Of a stretch of 32,000 nt of DNA, positions 7,890 to 21,363 are shown one piece after another; the stretch's first letter is position 1, and each line of letters opens with the position of its first letter. This DNA comes from an uncultured Gammaproteobacteria bacterium (lineage in GTDB: Bacteria; Pseudomonadota; Gammaproteobacteria; SZUA-140), in contig CAYRLE010000025.1 of the NCBI GenBank assembly GCA_964425105.1, forward strand, positions 38 through 32,037, given 5' to 3'. Both the position numbers and the translations under genes were made by a program. Under the pieces are notes generated by a model. That model was not told where the DNA came from, did no database searches, and saw only the letters and a program-made list of their open reading frames with translations.

Positions 7890-9842
7890 ATGAAACAGCG
7901 CATCAAAACACTGGCCCTCACCCTGCTGCTGACACTGAGCGCCAGCGCGGCCAGCGCCGGCGGCAGCTTCCTTGCCCTGTGCTATCACGATATCCAGGAC
8001 GATCCGCAACGCCAGCGGGTGGCCGATGCCCTCACCATCAGCAGCGCCGAACTGGTAGCCCAGTTCAACTGGCTGCGCGAGCACGGCTACCAGCCGGTGA
8101 GCCTGGACGACATCCTGGCGGCCCGCGACGGCCGCCGGCCACTACCGGAGAAGGCGGTGCTGCTGACCTTCGACGACGGCTACCTGAGCACCTATACCCG
8201 GGTCTTTCCCCTGCTGAAGCTGTTCGATTATCCGGCGGTGGTGGCACCCCTGGCGAAGTGGGTCGAGAGCGGCGAGGCACAGGTGCAATACGGCGACAAG
8301 ACGGCGCCGAGAAGCGCCTTTCTCAGCTGGAAACAGCTCAAGGAAATGGCGGACTCCGGCCTGGTGGAGATCGCCAGCCACAGCTACGACCTGCACCACG
8401 GCGTCACCGGCAATCCCCAGGGCAACCAACAGCCGGCGGCCACTACCCGCATCTATGATACGCAGCAGGCGCGTTACGAGAATGACGAGGGCTTCCGCCG
8501 CCGCATCCGCCAGGATCTGCAGCACAGCCGCGACCTCATCGAGCAACGCACCGGCCACCGGCCGCGCATCGTGGTCTGGCCCTACGGCAGCTACAGTCAG
8601 GAGGTGGTGGACATCGCCGCCGGCCTGGAGATGCCCATCACCTTCACCCTGGAAGAGGGCGCCAACGACGTGCACCGCCTGCAGGCAGTGAAGCGCATAC
8701 TGTTGCCCGATACTGCCCGTCTCGCCGACCTGGTGAGTGAACTGGTGCTGCCGCCGGAGCAGCCCTTCGTGCGCGTGGCCCATGTGGACCTGGATTACGT
8801 CTACGACGAGGATCCCCGCCAGCAGGAGGCCAATCTGGGGCGGCTGCTGGACCGTATCAAGGCCCTGCAGATCAACACCGTCTACCTGCAGGCCTACGCC
8901 GATCCCGACGGCGACGGCACCGCCGATGCCCTCTATTTCCCCAACCGCCATCTGCCCATGCGCGCCGATCTCTTCAACCGCGCAGCCTGGCAGCTGCTGA
9001 CCCGTGCCCAGGTACAGGTCTACGCCTGGCTGCCGGTGTTGGCCTTCCAGCTGCCGCCGCAGCATGCTGCTGCACAACTGCTGGTGGAGCGGGCAACTAT
9101 TGATGACGGCGAGCGGGATAAAATGGACTATCGGCGCCTGTCGCCCTTCAGCCGTGAGGCCCATGAAGTGGTCAAGGAAATCTACGAGGATCTGGCCAAA
9201 CACGCCCACTTCCAAGGACTGCTGTTTCACGACGACGCCTACCTCTCCGATTATGAAGACGCCAGCCCCTTGGCCCTGCAGGTCTACCGGGAACAATGGC
9301 AACTGCCGGCATCGCTGGCGGAGATCCGCCAGGACCCGGCGCTGCTCGATGAATGGACCCGGCGCAAGACCGAGACCCTGATCTACTGGACCCAGACCCT
9401 GGCGGAGCGGGTGCGCTACTACCGGCCGGCAATCAAGACCGCGCGCAATCTCTATGCCGCGACCGTGCTCAACCCCGCGGCTCAGGCATGGTTCGCCCAG
9501 TCCCTGCCGGCCTTCCTGGCCGCCTACGACTACACCGCCGTCATGGCCATGCCCTACATGGAGGGAGCACGCCATCCCCGACGCTGGCTGCGGCGCCTGG
9601 CGGCGCGCATCAAGGATATTCCCGGCGCCGTGCCGCGGGTGGTCTTCGAACTGCAGAGCAGGAACTGGCGCCTGGACCGTCCCGTAGCGAATGATGCGCT
9701 GCGCGCCCAGATGCATTTGCTGCAGACTTTGGGGATTCGCAACTACGGCTATTACCCGGACGATTTCCTCCACCAGCAGCCGGATATCGATTTCATCCGG
9801 CCAGTGATATCCCTCAGTGAATATCCTTATCCGCGGCCATGA
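7890..9842 (+). CDS. pgaB: PGA N-deacetylase (polysaccharide deacetylase domain plus C-terminal glycoside-hydrolase-like domain)
   Basis: 650-aa ORF. Signal peptide MKQRIKTLALTLLLTLSASAASA. The block QFNWLREHGYQPVSLDDI...PLPEKAVLLTFDDGY...TRVFPLLK closely resembles E. coli PgaB. There is no lipobox Cys, so the protein is probably not lipidated. It starts 2 nt after the pgaA stop. Confidence 0.9.
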   Translation: MKQRIKTLALTLLLTLSASAASAGGSFLALCYHDIQDDPQRQRVADALTISSAELVAQFNWLREHGYQPVSLDDILAARDGRRPLPEKAVLLTFDDGYLSTYTRVFPLLKLFDYPAVVAPLAKWVESGEAQVQYGDKTAPRSAFLSWKQLKEMADSGLVEIASHSYDLHHGVTGNPQGNQQPAATTRIYDTQQARYENDEGFRRRIRQDLQHSRDLIEQRTGHRPRIVVWPYGSYSQEVVDIAAGLEMPITFTLEEGANDVHRLQAVKRILLPDTARLADLVSELVLPPEQPFVRVAHVDLDYVYDEDPRQQEANLGRLLDRIKALQINTVYLQAYADPDGDGTADALYFPNRHLPMRADLFNRAAWQLLTRAQVQVYAWLPVLAFQLPPQHAAAQLLVERATIDDGERDKMDYRRLSPFSREAHEVVKEIYEDLAKHAHFQGLLFHDDAYLSDYEDASPLALQVYREQWQLPASLAEIRQDPALLDEWTRRKTETLIYWTQTLAERVRYYRPAIKTARNLYAATVLNPAAQAWFAQSLPAFLAAYDYTAVMAMPYMEGARHPRRWLRRLAARIKDIPGAVPRVVFELQSRNWRLDRPVANDALRAQMHLLQTLGIRNYGYYPDDFLHQQPDIDFIRPVISLSEYPYPRP

Positions 9843-11107
9843 ACGACTATCTCGCCAATTTCGCCGACACGCTGCTCTATTTCGAGTTCTACTATCCCTT
9901 GTTCATGGCCTACCTATGGATCTTCGGCGCCGTCTACTATTACTTCCATTGGGAGAGAGGCGCGCAGCACCAGTTCCGCAACCTGCCGCCCCTGGACGCC
10001 TATCCCGGCGTCTCCTTCATCATCCCCTGCTATAACGAGGGCGAGGTGGTGGAGGAAACCGTGCTCAATCTGCTGCAGCAGAAATACCCGGAGTTCGAGA
10101 TCATCGCCGTCAACGATGGCAGCAGCGATAATACGGGGGCCCTCCTCGACCGCCTCAACCGGCGCCATGCACGGCTGCGGGTGGTGCACCTGCAGAGCAA
10201 CCAGGGCAAGGCCATGGCGCTGCGCATGGGCACCCTGGCCGCACGCCATGAATTCCTGGTGTGCATCGACAGCGACGCCCTGCTGGACCCCTGCGCCACG
10301 GCCTGGATCATGAAACACTTCGTGGAAGGGCCGCGGGTGGGCGCGGTCACCGGCAACCCCCGCATCCGCACCCGCTCCACGCTGCTGGGCAAGATCCAGG
10401 TGGGCGAGTTCTCCTCCATCATCGGCATCATCAAACGCGCCCAGCGCATCTACGGGCGCATCTTCACCATCTCCGGGGTAGTGGCCGCCTTCCGCAAGAC
10501 CGCGCTGCACAAGGTGGGCTACTGGAGCCTGGACATGGTGACCGAGGACATCGACATCAGCTGGAAGCTGCAGCTGGACCACTGGGACATCCGCTACGAA
10601 CCCAACGCCCTGTGCTGGATCCTGATGCCGGAAACCCTGGGCGGCCTGTGGCGCCAGCGCCTGCGCTGGGCCCAGGGCGGCGTGGAAGTGCTGCTGAAAT
10701 ACCTGCGCTACTTGTTTTCCTGGCGCAAGCGCCGCATGTGGATGGTCTATATGGAATTCATGATCAGCGTCATCTGGGCCTACTGCATGATACTGATCAT
10801 ATTCCTGTGGCTGGCGGGACAGTTCATGGAGATGCCCGAAGCCCTGCGCATCAGCGCCGTGACGCCAGGCTGGAATGGCGTGGTGCTGGGCGTTACCTGT
10901 ATGATCCAGTTCGCCGTCAGCCTGGCCATCGACGGCCGCTTCGAGAAGGGCCTGGGCCGCTATTATTACTGGATGATCTGGTATCCCGTGGCCTACTGGA
11001 TATTGAACATCTTCACGGTGGCCGCCGCCGTGCCGCGCGCCGTCTTCAAACGGCGCGGCACGCGCGCCACCTGGAAGAGCCCTGACCGGGGGATCCGCCC
11101 GACATGA
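9839..11107 (+). CDS. pgaC: PGA synthase, family 2 glycosyltransferase
   Basis: 422-aa ORF. GT2 motifs: IPCYNEG, AVNDGSSD, IDSDA, TEDID and the QxxRW-type RQRLRWAQGG. Multiple TM segments at both ends. ATGA start/stop overlap with pgaB. Confidence 0.92.
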   Translation: MNDYLANFADTLLYFEFYYPLFMAYLWIFGAVYYYFHWERGAQHQFRNLPPLDAYPGVSFIIPCYNEGEVVEETVLNLLQQKYPEFEIIAVNDGSSDNTGALLDRLNRRHARLRVVHLQSNQGKAMALRMGTLAARHEFLVCIDSDALLDPCATAWIMKHFVEGPRVGAVTGNPRIRTRSTLLGKIQVGEFSSIIGIIKRAQRIYGRIFTISGVVAAFRKTALHKVGYWSLDMVTEDIDISWKLQLDHWDIRYEPNALCWILMPETLGGLWRQRLRWAQGGVEVLLKYLRYLFSWRKRRMWMVYMEFMISVIWAYCMILIIFLWLAGQFMEMPEALRISAVTPGWNGVVLGVTCMIQFAVSLAIDGRFEKGLGRYYYWMIWYPVAYWILNIFTVAAAVPRAVFKRRGTRATWKSPDRGIRPT

Positions 11108-11577
11108 GGCGCCAACCCCTGATCATAGAAACCCCCGGCCTGCAGGGCCTGCGCCAGCGCTATGCCTATGCCCTCATCACCCTGCTATTCTGGATCCTCT
11201 GGTTCTATCTGTGGATCCCCGTCATCAGCCTGGTGGCCTGGCTGATCAGCGCAGATGTCTTCTATCGGGAAATGATCCTTCTCGACGGCCTGCGCGGCCT
11301 GCTGGACCTGCTGGGCTGGTACGGCCTGGTGATCGCCGTCATCGCGGTGTTCTACAGCGGCTGGGCCCTCTACAACCAGTTCCGCTTCCGCGGCAAGAAC
11401 CGGCGGTTGGTGCAACCGGAGGTGGAACCCCTGGAACTGGCCGATGCCTTCAACATCGAACCGGCCCTGATCCTCCCCCTCCAGGAGGCCAAGCGGCTGC
11501 TCATCGTGCACGACGAGCAGGGAGAGATCAGGGGGATCAAGTCGTGGCGGGTGAAGGGGGTAATGAGTGATGCGTAA
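11104..11577 (+). CDS. pgaD: PGA biosynthesis protein PgaD (small inner-membrane partner of PgaC)
   Basis: 157-aa ORF overlapping pgaC by ATGA. It has two N-terminal hydrophobic helices followed by a cytoplasmic tail, and sits in the canonical fourth position of the operon. The last codons (GVMSDA-stop) lie inside a heptamer repeat. Confidence 0.8.
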   Translation: MRRQPLIIETPGLQGLRQRYAYALITLLFWILWFYLWIPVISLVAWLISADVFYREMILLDGLRGLLDLLGWYGLVIAVIAVFYSGWALYNQFRFRGKNRRLVQPEVEPLELADAFNIEPALILPLQEAKRLLIVHDEQGEIRGIKSWRVKGVMSDA

Positions 11578-11680
11578 GCAGTGAAGGAGTGATGAGTGAT
11601 GCGTAAGCAGTAAGCAGTAAACAAAACCATAGGGCAATCACCCATCACTCATCACTCATCACTCATTACCCATTACCCCC
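11556..11680. repeat. Heptamer-repeat inverted structure between convergent pgaD and sucD; candidate bidirectional terminator or RNA hairpin
   Basis: Left arm: GGGGG + GTAATGA GTGATGC GTAAGCA GTGAAGGA GTGATGA GTGATGC GTAAGCA GTAAGCA GTAAACA (11556-11623). Right arm, inverted: CCCATCA CTCATCA CTCATCA CTCATTA CCCATTA CCCCC (11641-11680). The arms are complementary in several registers. Confidence 0.8.
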
Positions 11681-12539
11681 AGCACTTGCTTCAACGTCGC
11701 CCCCATCTCCGCCGGGGAGCGGGTGGTGGTGACGCCGGCCGCTTCCAGGGCGGCGAATTTCTCCGCGGCGGTACCCTTGCCGCCGGCGATGATGGCACCG
11801 GCATGGCCCATGCGCTTGCCCTTCGGGGCGGTGACGCCTGCGATGTAGGCCACCACCGGCTTGCTGACGGCGGCGCTGATGTATGCCGCAGCTTCTTCCT
11901 CGGCGCTGCCGCCGATCTCGCCCACCATGAGGATGGCCTCGGTGCCGGGATCGGCCTCGAACAGGCGCAGGCAATCCACGAAGCTGGTGCCGGGAATGGG
12001 ATCGCCACCGATGCCGATGCAGGTGCTCTGCCCCATGCCCAGGTCGCTGGTCTGCTTGACCGCCTCGTAGGTGAGCGTGCCGGAGCGGGAGATGATGCCG
12101 ATGCGCCCCGGGCGGTGGATATAACCCGGCATGATGCCGATCTTGCATGCCCCGGGGGTGATGATGCCGGGGCAATTGGGACCGATGAGGCGTGCCCCCG
12201 CCTCGTCGGCCACGTATTTGGCCGCCAACATGTCCAGGGTGGGGATACCCTCGGTGATGCAGACGATGAGTTTCAGCCCGGCATCGATGGCCTCCAGGAT
12301 GGCATCCTTGCAGAAGGGCGCCGGTACATAGATCACCGTGGCGTCGGCGCCGCAGTCGGCCACCGCCTGCTTGACGGTATCGAACACCGGCAGGCCGAGG
12401 TGGGTCTGACCGCCCTTGCCGGGGGTCACACCGCCCACCATGCGGGTGCCGTAGGCGATGGCCTGCTCGGAGTGAAAGGTCCCCTGCTTGCCCGTGAAAC
12501 CCTGGCAGATCACCCGGGTATCCTTGTCGATGAGTATGC

Positions 12540-12543
<4 letters not shown>
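11659..12543 (-). CDS. sucD: Succinate--CoA ligase (ADP-forming) subunit alpha
   Basis: 294-aa ORF: [24 protein letters not shown]..., SRSGTLTYE, and the phosphohistidine loop [11 protein letters not shown] overlap with the sucC stop. Confidence 0.95.
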
Positions 12544-13706
<1,163 letters not shown>

Positions 13707-13767
13707 ATCTATTGACTCATTTTTTGGCTGAGATTCGAGGATATCTTTGCTACTTGTTGTTTCCCCT

Positions 13768-16606
<2,839 letters not shown>

Positions 16607-16647
16607 GGTCTGTCCTTTTCTGATCTGAGATCCAGGGGCTCGTTTTC

Positions 16648-19548
16648 TTAAGCTTGCGCGGCATCGGCCGGTCGCCGGGGCGGAGGACCGATGGCATCTT
16701 CGAGAAAGGCGCACAACTGCTTGATGTGCAGCAGGGGATAACCCACCGCCGGGGCTGCGGAAGGCGGCCGGCCGGCATAGCGCAATTCGCATTTGTCGCC
16801 CAGCACTTCGCGGATGTTGTGCTGGATGGCATACCAGGCACCCTGGTTCATGGGCTCTTCCTGACACCAGATGTATTCCCGGGCGTGGCGATATGAGTCC
16901 AACTCGCGGCGCAGGCTTTCCTTGGGGAAGGGATAGAGCTGCTCCAGGCGGATGATGGCGATATCGTCGCGTCCATCACTGCGGCGCTTCTCGAGAAGAT
17001 CGTAGTAGACCTTGCCACTGCACAGGATCACGCGCTGCACCTTGCTGTCCGTGATTTCGTCACACTCTGGGATCAGGACCTGGAAGCCTCCCTGGGAGAG
17101 GTCCTCCAGGGTACTCACCGCCTGTTTGTGGCGCAGCAGGCTCTTGGGAGTCATGACGATGAGGGGCTTGCGGCAGGACATCAGCACCTGGCGGCGCAGC
17201 AGGTGGAACATCTGCGCCGGGGTGGTGGGCACGCAGACCTGCATGTTGCGCTCGGCGCACAACTGCAGGTAGCGTTCCAGGCGCGCCGAAGAGTGTTCCG
17301 GCCCCTGGCCCTCGTAGCCATGGGGCAGAAACATCACCAGCCCGCAGAGGCGGTCCCATTTCTGCTCGCCGGCGCTGATGAACTGGTCGATCACCACCTG
17401 GGCATTGTTGGCGAAATCGCCGAACTGGGCCTCCCAGATCACCAGGGTCTTGGGGTCGGTGGTGGCATAGCCGTATTCGAAGGCCAGCACCGCCTCCTCC
17501 GAAAGCAGGGAATTGGTCACCAGGAAATTGGCCTGGTGATCGTCGAGGTGGCGCAAGGGTACGTAGGCATTGCCGTCCTTCTGACAGTACACCACGGCAT
17601 GGCGGTGAAAAAAGGTGCCGCGGCCGCTGTCCTGCCCGGAGAGACGCACCGCATGTCCCTCGCTCACCAGGGTGGCATAGGCCAGGTTCTCGGCGAAGCC
17701 CCAGTCGATGGGCAGGGCACCGGCCGCCATCTTGCGCCGGTTGTCGAAGATCTTGGCCACGCTGGGGTGGAGTTCGAAGCCTTGCGGCAGGGCGGTCATG
17801 CGCGCAGTCAAATCACGGATGACCTGCAACTCGACGCAGGTGGGCACGGGCAAGGTGCAATCCTTGCCCAGATAGGGCGTCCAGTCCTCGAGGCCAAAGT
17901 CCTGGACATCGTCGTGGCGCGAGATATAAGGCACGGTGCACTGGCCGGCATCGAGCATGGCGCGGTATGTCTCCACCATCTCCCCTTCCTGCTCGGGTGC
18001 GATCAGCCCCTGCTCCAGGAGACGCCGGGCATAGAGCTCCCGGACCGTCGGCAGCGACTTGATACGTTTCACCATCAAGGGCTGGGTGACGGCGGGCTCG
18101 TCCACTTCGCTGTGGCCCTGACGGCGGTAGCAGACCAGATCGATGACCACGTCCTTGCGGAAACGCATGCGGTAATCCAGGGCCAGCTGGCTGACGAAGA
18201 ACACCGCCTCGGGATCGTCGCTGTTGACGTGAAAGATGGGGGCGTTGACCATCTTGGCCACGTCGGAGCAATAGAGCGTGGAACGGGCATCCTTCTGGTT
18301 GCTGGTGGTGAAACCGATCTGGTTGTTGACGATGATGTGGATGGTACCCTTGGTGGAATAGCCCCGCGACTGAGACATATTGAAGGTCTCCATCACCACC
18401 CCCTGACCGGAGAAGGCGGCATCGCCGTGGATCAGAATGGACACAACGCGCGCGCCCTCCCCGTCCTTGCGCCGTTCCTGGCGCGCCCGGGCGGAGCCTT
18501 CCACCACCGGATCGACGATTTCCAGATGCGAGGGATTGAAGGCCAGCGAGACATGCAGGGCGCCAGCGGGCGTGTCGATATTGGAGGAGAAGCCCAGGTG
18601 ATATTTCACGTCGCCGGAGCGCTCATCGTTGCTCACCACCTTGCCTTCGAACTCCTCGAACAGTTCCATGGGCGACTTGCCCATGATGTTGACCAGGACA
18701 TTGAGCCGCCCCCGGTGAGCCATGCCGATGACGACTTCCTTGAGCCCCTGGCCGCCGCCGCGCTGGATCAGTTCCTCCAGCAGAGGAATGAGGCTCTCCG
18801 CACCTTCGAGTGAGAAGCGCTTCTGCCCCATGTATTTAGTATGGAGATAGCGTTCCAGACCCTCTGCGGCAGTGAGCCGCTGCAACAGGCGGCACTTGAC
18901 ATCCGCCGGCTGCTCCAGGCTGTGATAGGGCTCGATGCGTTCCCGGAGCCAGGTGCGTTCCACCTCGTCGGGGATGTGCATATACTCGACGCCGATGTGG
19001 CCGCAATAGATGCGGCGCAGGATGGCGATGATTTCCCGCAGTGGCCGCCTGCCCTCCGCCCCCAGGATATTGGACTCAAAAGGCGTATCGAGATCCTGCT
19101 CGTCGAGACCGTGATAGGCGGGCTCGAGACGGGGAGCTGGTGGCAGCTCGCGCATAGTCAGTGGGTCGAAATCCGCAATCAGATGACCATCGGCACGATA
19201 GGCATCCACCAGCTGGCCGACACGGCACTGCTTGACGGCCTGTTCCAGCTGCGCCACGCCACCGGTCTCGGGCGGCGGCATGACAAGGGCCGGTGCTGCC
19301 GCGGCAGGTGGTGCTTGCACCCCCGGTGCATGGCGGAAAAGCTCACGGACCTGATGATGGGTCAGGACACGCTGCTCCTCCTCCATGCGTGGCAGGCTGT
19401 CAAAAAAGCGCCTCCAGGCCTCATCGACTGCCTGCGGATCCTGCAGGTAACGCTCGTAGAGCTCCTCCAGATAGGCCGCATTGAAACCCGCCAGATGCGA
19501 AGTCTTCCACAGGCGATGCAGAAAGTTATCTGCCGTCAGGTCATCCAT
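16648..19548 (-). CDS. sucA: 2-oxoglutarate dehydrogenase E1 component
   Basis: 966-aa ORF with the typical N-terminus (...[22 protein letters not shown]), ThDP-binding regions ([19 protein letters not shown]) and operon context with sucB-lpdA. An in-frame TGA lies just upstream of ATG 19548. Confidence 0.95.
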   Translation of the reverse strand: MDDLTADNFLHRLWKTSHLAGFNAAYLEELYERYLQDPQAVDEAWRRFFDSLPRMEEEQRVLTHHQVRELFRHAPGVQAPPAAAAPALVMPPPETGGVAQLEQAVKQCRVGQLVDAYRADGHLIADFDPLTMRELPPAPRLEPAYHGLDEQDLDTPFESNILGAEGRRPLREIIAILRRIYCGHIGVEYMHIPDEVERTWLRERIEPYHSLEQPADVKCRLLQRLTAAEGLERYLHTKYMGQKRFSLEGAESLIPLLEELIQRGGGQGLKEVVIGMAHRGRLNVLVNIMGKSPMELFEEFEGKVVSNDERSGDVKYHLGFSSNIDTPAGALHVSLAFNPSHLEIVDPVVEGSARARQERRKDGEGARVVSILIHGDAAFSGQGVVMETFNMSQSRGYSTKGTIHIIVNNQIGFTTSNQKDARSTLYCSDVAKMVNAPIFHVNSDDPEAVFFVSQLALDYRMRFRKDVVIDLVCYRRQGHSEVDEPAVTQPLMVKRIKSLPTVRELYARRLLEQGLIAPEQEGEMVETYRAMLDAGQCTVPYISRHDDVQDFGLEDWTPYLGKDCTLPVPTCVELQVIRDLTARMTALPQGFELHPSVAKIFDNRRKMAAGALPIDWGFAENLAYATLVSEGHAVRLSGQDSGRGTFFHRHAVVYCQKDGNAYVPLRHLDDHQANFLVTNSLLSEEAVLAFEYGYATTDPKTLVIWEAQFGDFANNAQVVIDQFISAGEQKWDRLCGLVMFLPHGYEGQGPEHSSARLERYLQLCAERNMQVCVPTTPAQMFHLLRRQVLMSCRKPLIVMTPKSLLRHKQAVSTLEDLSQGGFQVLIPECDEITDSKVQRVILCSGKVYYDLLEKRRSDGRDDIAIIRLEQLYPFPKESLRRELDSYRHAREYIWCQEEPMNQGAWYAIQHNIREVLGDKCELRYAGRPPSAAPAVGYPLLHIKQLCAFLEDAIGPPPRRPADAAQA

Positions 19549-19603
19549 TGATTTTCATTTGATTCTTGTTCTGTTGTGCCGACCCACAGGGGTTCCAAGA
19601 TAA

Positions 19604-19742
19604 TATTAACCCGTCCACCCAATATATCGGGTTCAGCCGCGCTGTGCACCTTCCAAGGGAATCACCCTTGCCGGCGGCGCGCGCCTCGATAGGGTACTTG
19701 CCTGAAGCTCTGAACCCGATATATTGGGTGGCCGGGTTAATA
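19604..19742. repeat. 139-bp element bounded by 33-bp near-perfect terminal inverted repeats; a MITE-like element or a structured sucA leader / TPR-gene terminator
   Basis: Left arm TATTAACCCGTCCACCCAATATATCGGGTTCAG (19604-19636). Right arm CTGAACCCGATATATTGGGTGGCCGGGTTAATA (19710-19742). The arms match at 32/33 positions as reverse complements. The 73-bp core contains a CAAGGG-aatca-CCCTTG hairpin. Confidence 0.85.
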
Positions 19743-19875
19743 AAAGGCAAAATCGGTGCCAACAGAATCATACGCCCATCGGCACCCCATGACCAAGCCT
19801 AAAACGACTGGCAAACGGGATCTTGCAAGGGAACGGCGCTGGTGCCGCTGCAAAACAGGAATGAAGCAGGCAGGC

Positions 19876-21042
19876 TTATACGGAGAGTTGGGCGCGGACG
19901 GAATCCGCTTTCTCGTACTCCCCCTTGCCTTCGTAGATTCTGGATAACTCCTTGAGGGCGCGGGCATTGTCAGGCAGTTTCTCCAGAATCCGGCGGCAAC
20001 ATGCCTCCGCCTCATCGTAGCAATGCTGGCTGGAATAAATATTGGCCAGGCCCAGCAGGGCATAGGGATCGAAACCAAGGGACAGACTCTTCTCGTAATT
20101 ACTGCGCGCCTGCTCCACATCCCCCATGGCGAACAGCGCATCGCCGACCCGTGTGTAGAGGTTCTGATTCTCCGGCTCCAGTTCCAGCACCCGCGACCAA
20201 TAGCGGATGGCCTCGGAAAAATTGCGCAGACCGCGCTCGCAGTTGCCCATGCCATAGAGGGCAAAGGCATTGTCGGGGTCCAGTTCGATGGTCTTCTTGA
20301 AATACTCGGCGGCGCGTTGAAACTGTTTGCGCCGCTGGCAGATGTTGCCCATCATGGTGAGCACGGCGACATTGCCGTCATCGAACGCCAGATAGTCCTC
20401 GAAACAGGCCAGGGCCGCATCGTCGTCCCCCAGTTTGTACTTCAAGGTGCCCAGTCCCAGGCGGGCATACTTCTCGTTGCCACCGATCTCGATAGCCTTG
20501 TCGTAGAGCTTCAGCGCTCTCTCGAACTTGCCCAGCTTTTTGTAGGAGTCTGCCATGCGTACCATGACATGGCTGTCGTAACGGTTGCATTGCAGATAAC
20601 GGTCCCAATAGACCAGGGACTTCTCCGGCTGCTGCATACCGCGAAAGGCATTGCCCATGCCACGCAGCGCGAAGACATTGTGGGGGTCGAGTTCGAGAAC
20701 CTCCTCGTAGTACTTGACGGCGCGCGGGAAATTCTTGAGCTTGCGATAGACATCACCGAGGCCGACGAGAATATAGGCATTCTCATTGTTCAGGGCATAG
20801 GCTTCCTTGAAAACTTTCTCGGCTTCATTGTAGCGCCTCTTCCCCATCAGATAATAAGCGCGCTTGGAAAGCTTGATTACGGTCTTGTTCAAATCAGGCA
20901 TCGCAGCAAATCCATTGTTATGCCCGGCCAGAATGTTCTCCGACCTGTCGGCCCGGCCGCCATCTGCCGGGGGGCTTTTATATTTATTTTCGCTATCCTG
21001 TTCCACGACCTTCTTCCCTGTCCCTGAAATCATCGCAGCCAT
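19876..21042 (-). CDS. Tetratricopeptide-repeat (TPR) protein, function unknown
   Basis: 388-aa ORF with about 9 consecutive 34-aa TPR-like units (for example AYILVGLGDVYRKLKNFPRAVKYYEEVLELDPHN, FALYGMGNCERGLRNFSEAIRYWSRVLELEPEN). No signal peptide is evident. Confidence 0.8.
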   Translation of the reverse strand: MAAMISGTGKKVVEQDSENKYKSPPADGGRADRSENILAGHNNGFAAMPDLNKTVIKLSKRAYYLMGKRRYNEAEKVFKEAYALNNENAYILVGLGDVYRKLKNFPRAVKYYEEVLELDPHNVFALRGMGNAFRGMQQPEKSLVYWDRYLQCNRYDSHVMVRMADSYKKLGKFERALKLYDKAIEIGGNEKYARLGLGTLKYKLGDDDAALACFEDYLAFDDGNVAVLTMMGNICQRRKQFQRAAEYFKKTIELDPDNAFALYGMGNCERGLRNFSEAIRYWSRVLELEPENQNLYTRVGDALFAMGDVEQARSNYEKSLSLGFDPYALLGLANIYSSQHCYDEAEACCRRILEKLPDNARALKELSRIYEGKGEYEKADSVRAQLSV

Positions 21043-21347
21043 GGCCTTTTCTGATATACACTATTTCACCTTGCCCTGGCAACACTTTCCCTTGCCGACG
21101 GCGGTGGGGAACTTGCAAACGTGACCTCTGTCAAAATAGTTACATCTGCATTTATGGCAGTATGGCAGTAACGTGACGCAAATCACTCAGCGCCGCGGAA
21201 AGCGTCATGAAAATGTCGCCCAAAGCGATGAGAGAGGGCAGGAATTCCGCCCCAGCAGGGCCATTCCCTGACCCCGGACACCTTCAGCCACGATTTATAC
21301 GAAGGCAGACACGATTCTACGCGGACTTTACTTTCCATCGGACCGCC

Positions 21348-21363
21348 TGGCACGGTCATTGCA
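21348..21363 (+). promoter_or_regulatory. Sigma-54 (RpoN) -24/-12 promoter for prkA-yeaH-spoVR
   Basis: TGGCACGGTCATTGCA is a full match to TGGCACG-N4-TTGCW, with the correct GG-N10-GC spacing. It is 128 nt upstream of the prkA ATG, on the same strand. Confidence 0.7.

Noticed and set aside
1-11600. A tRNA-anchored genomic island covering the HD-GYP gene through pgaD.
   Set aside because: The window contains no integrase, no direct repeat of the tRNA 3' end, and no obvious GC shift across this block. The tRNA adjacency alone is insufficient.
11556-11680. Heptamer arrays as a CRISPR-like or minisatellite coding repeat.
   Set aside because: The units are 7 nt with no spacers, so this is far below CRISPR repeat size. 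The arrays are intergenic or terminal rather than internal to coding sequence.
17128-18813. Very long ORFs antisense to real genes. Examples: 561 aa opposite sucA, 573 aa at 21935-23656 opposite prkA, 534 aa at 29201-30805 opposite putA, 543 aa at 8142-9773 opposite pgaB, and 412 aa at 3402-4640 opposite the FlhG-like gene.
   Set aside because: This is typical of high-GC DNA, where the antisense frames of GC3-rich genes lack stop codons. The translations are low-complexity (G/A/L/R/H/Q-rich) with no recognisable motifs, whereas the opposite-strand products carry clear family signatures.
21152-21166. Sigma-54-like TGGCAGTATGGCA.
   Set aside because: The GG to GC spacing is 7 nt rather than 10. 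It is better described as a tandem ATGGCAGT repeat. The true consensus promoter lies at 21348-21363.
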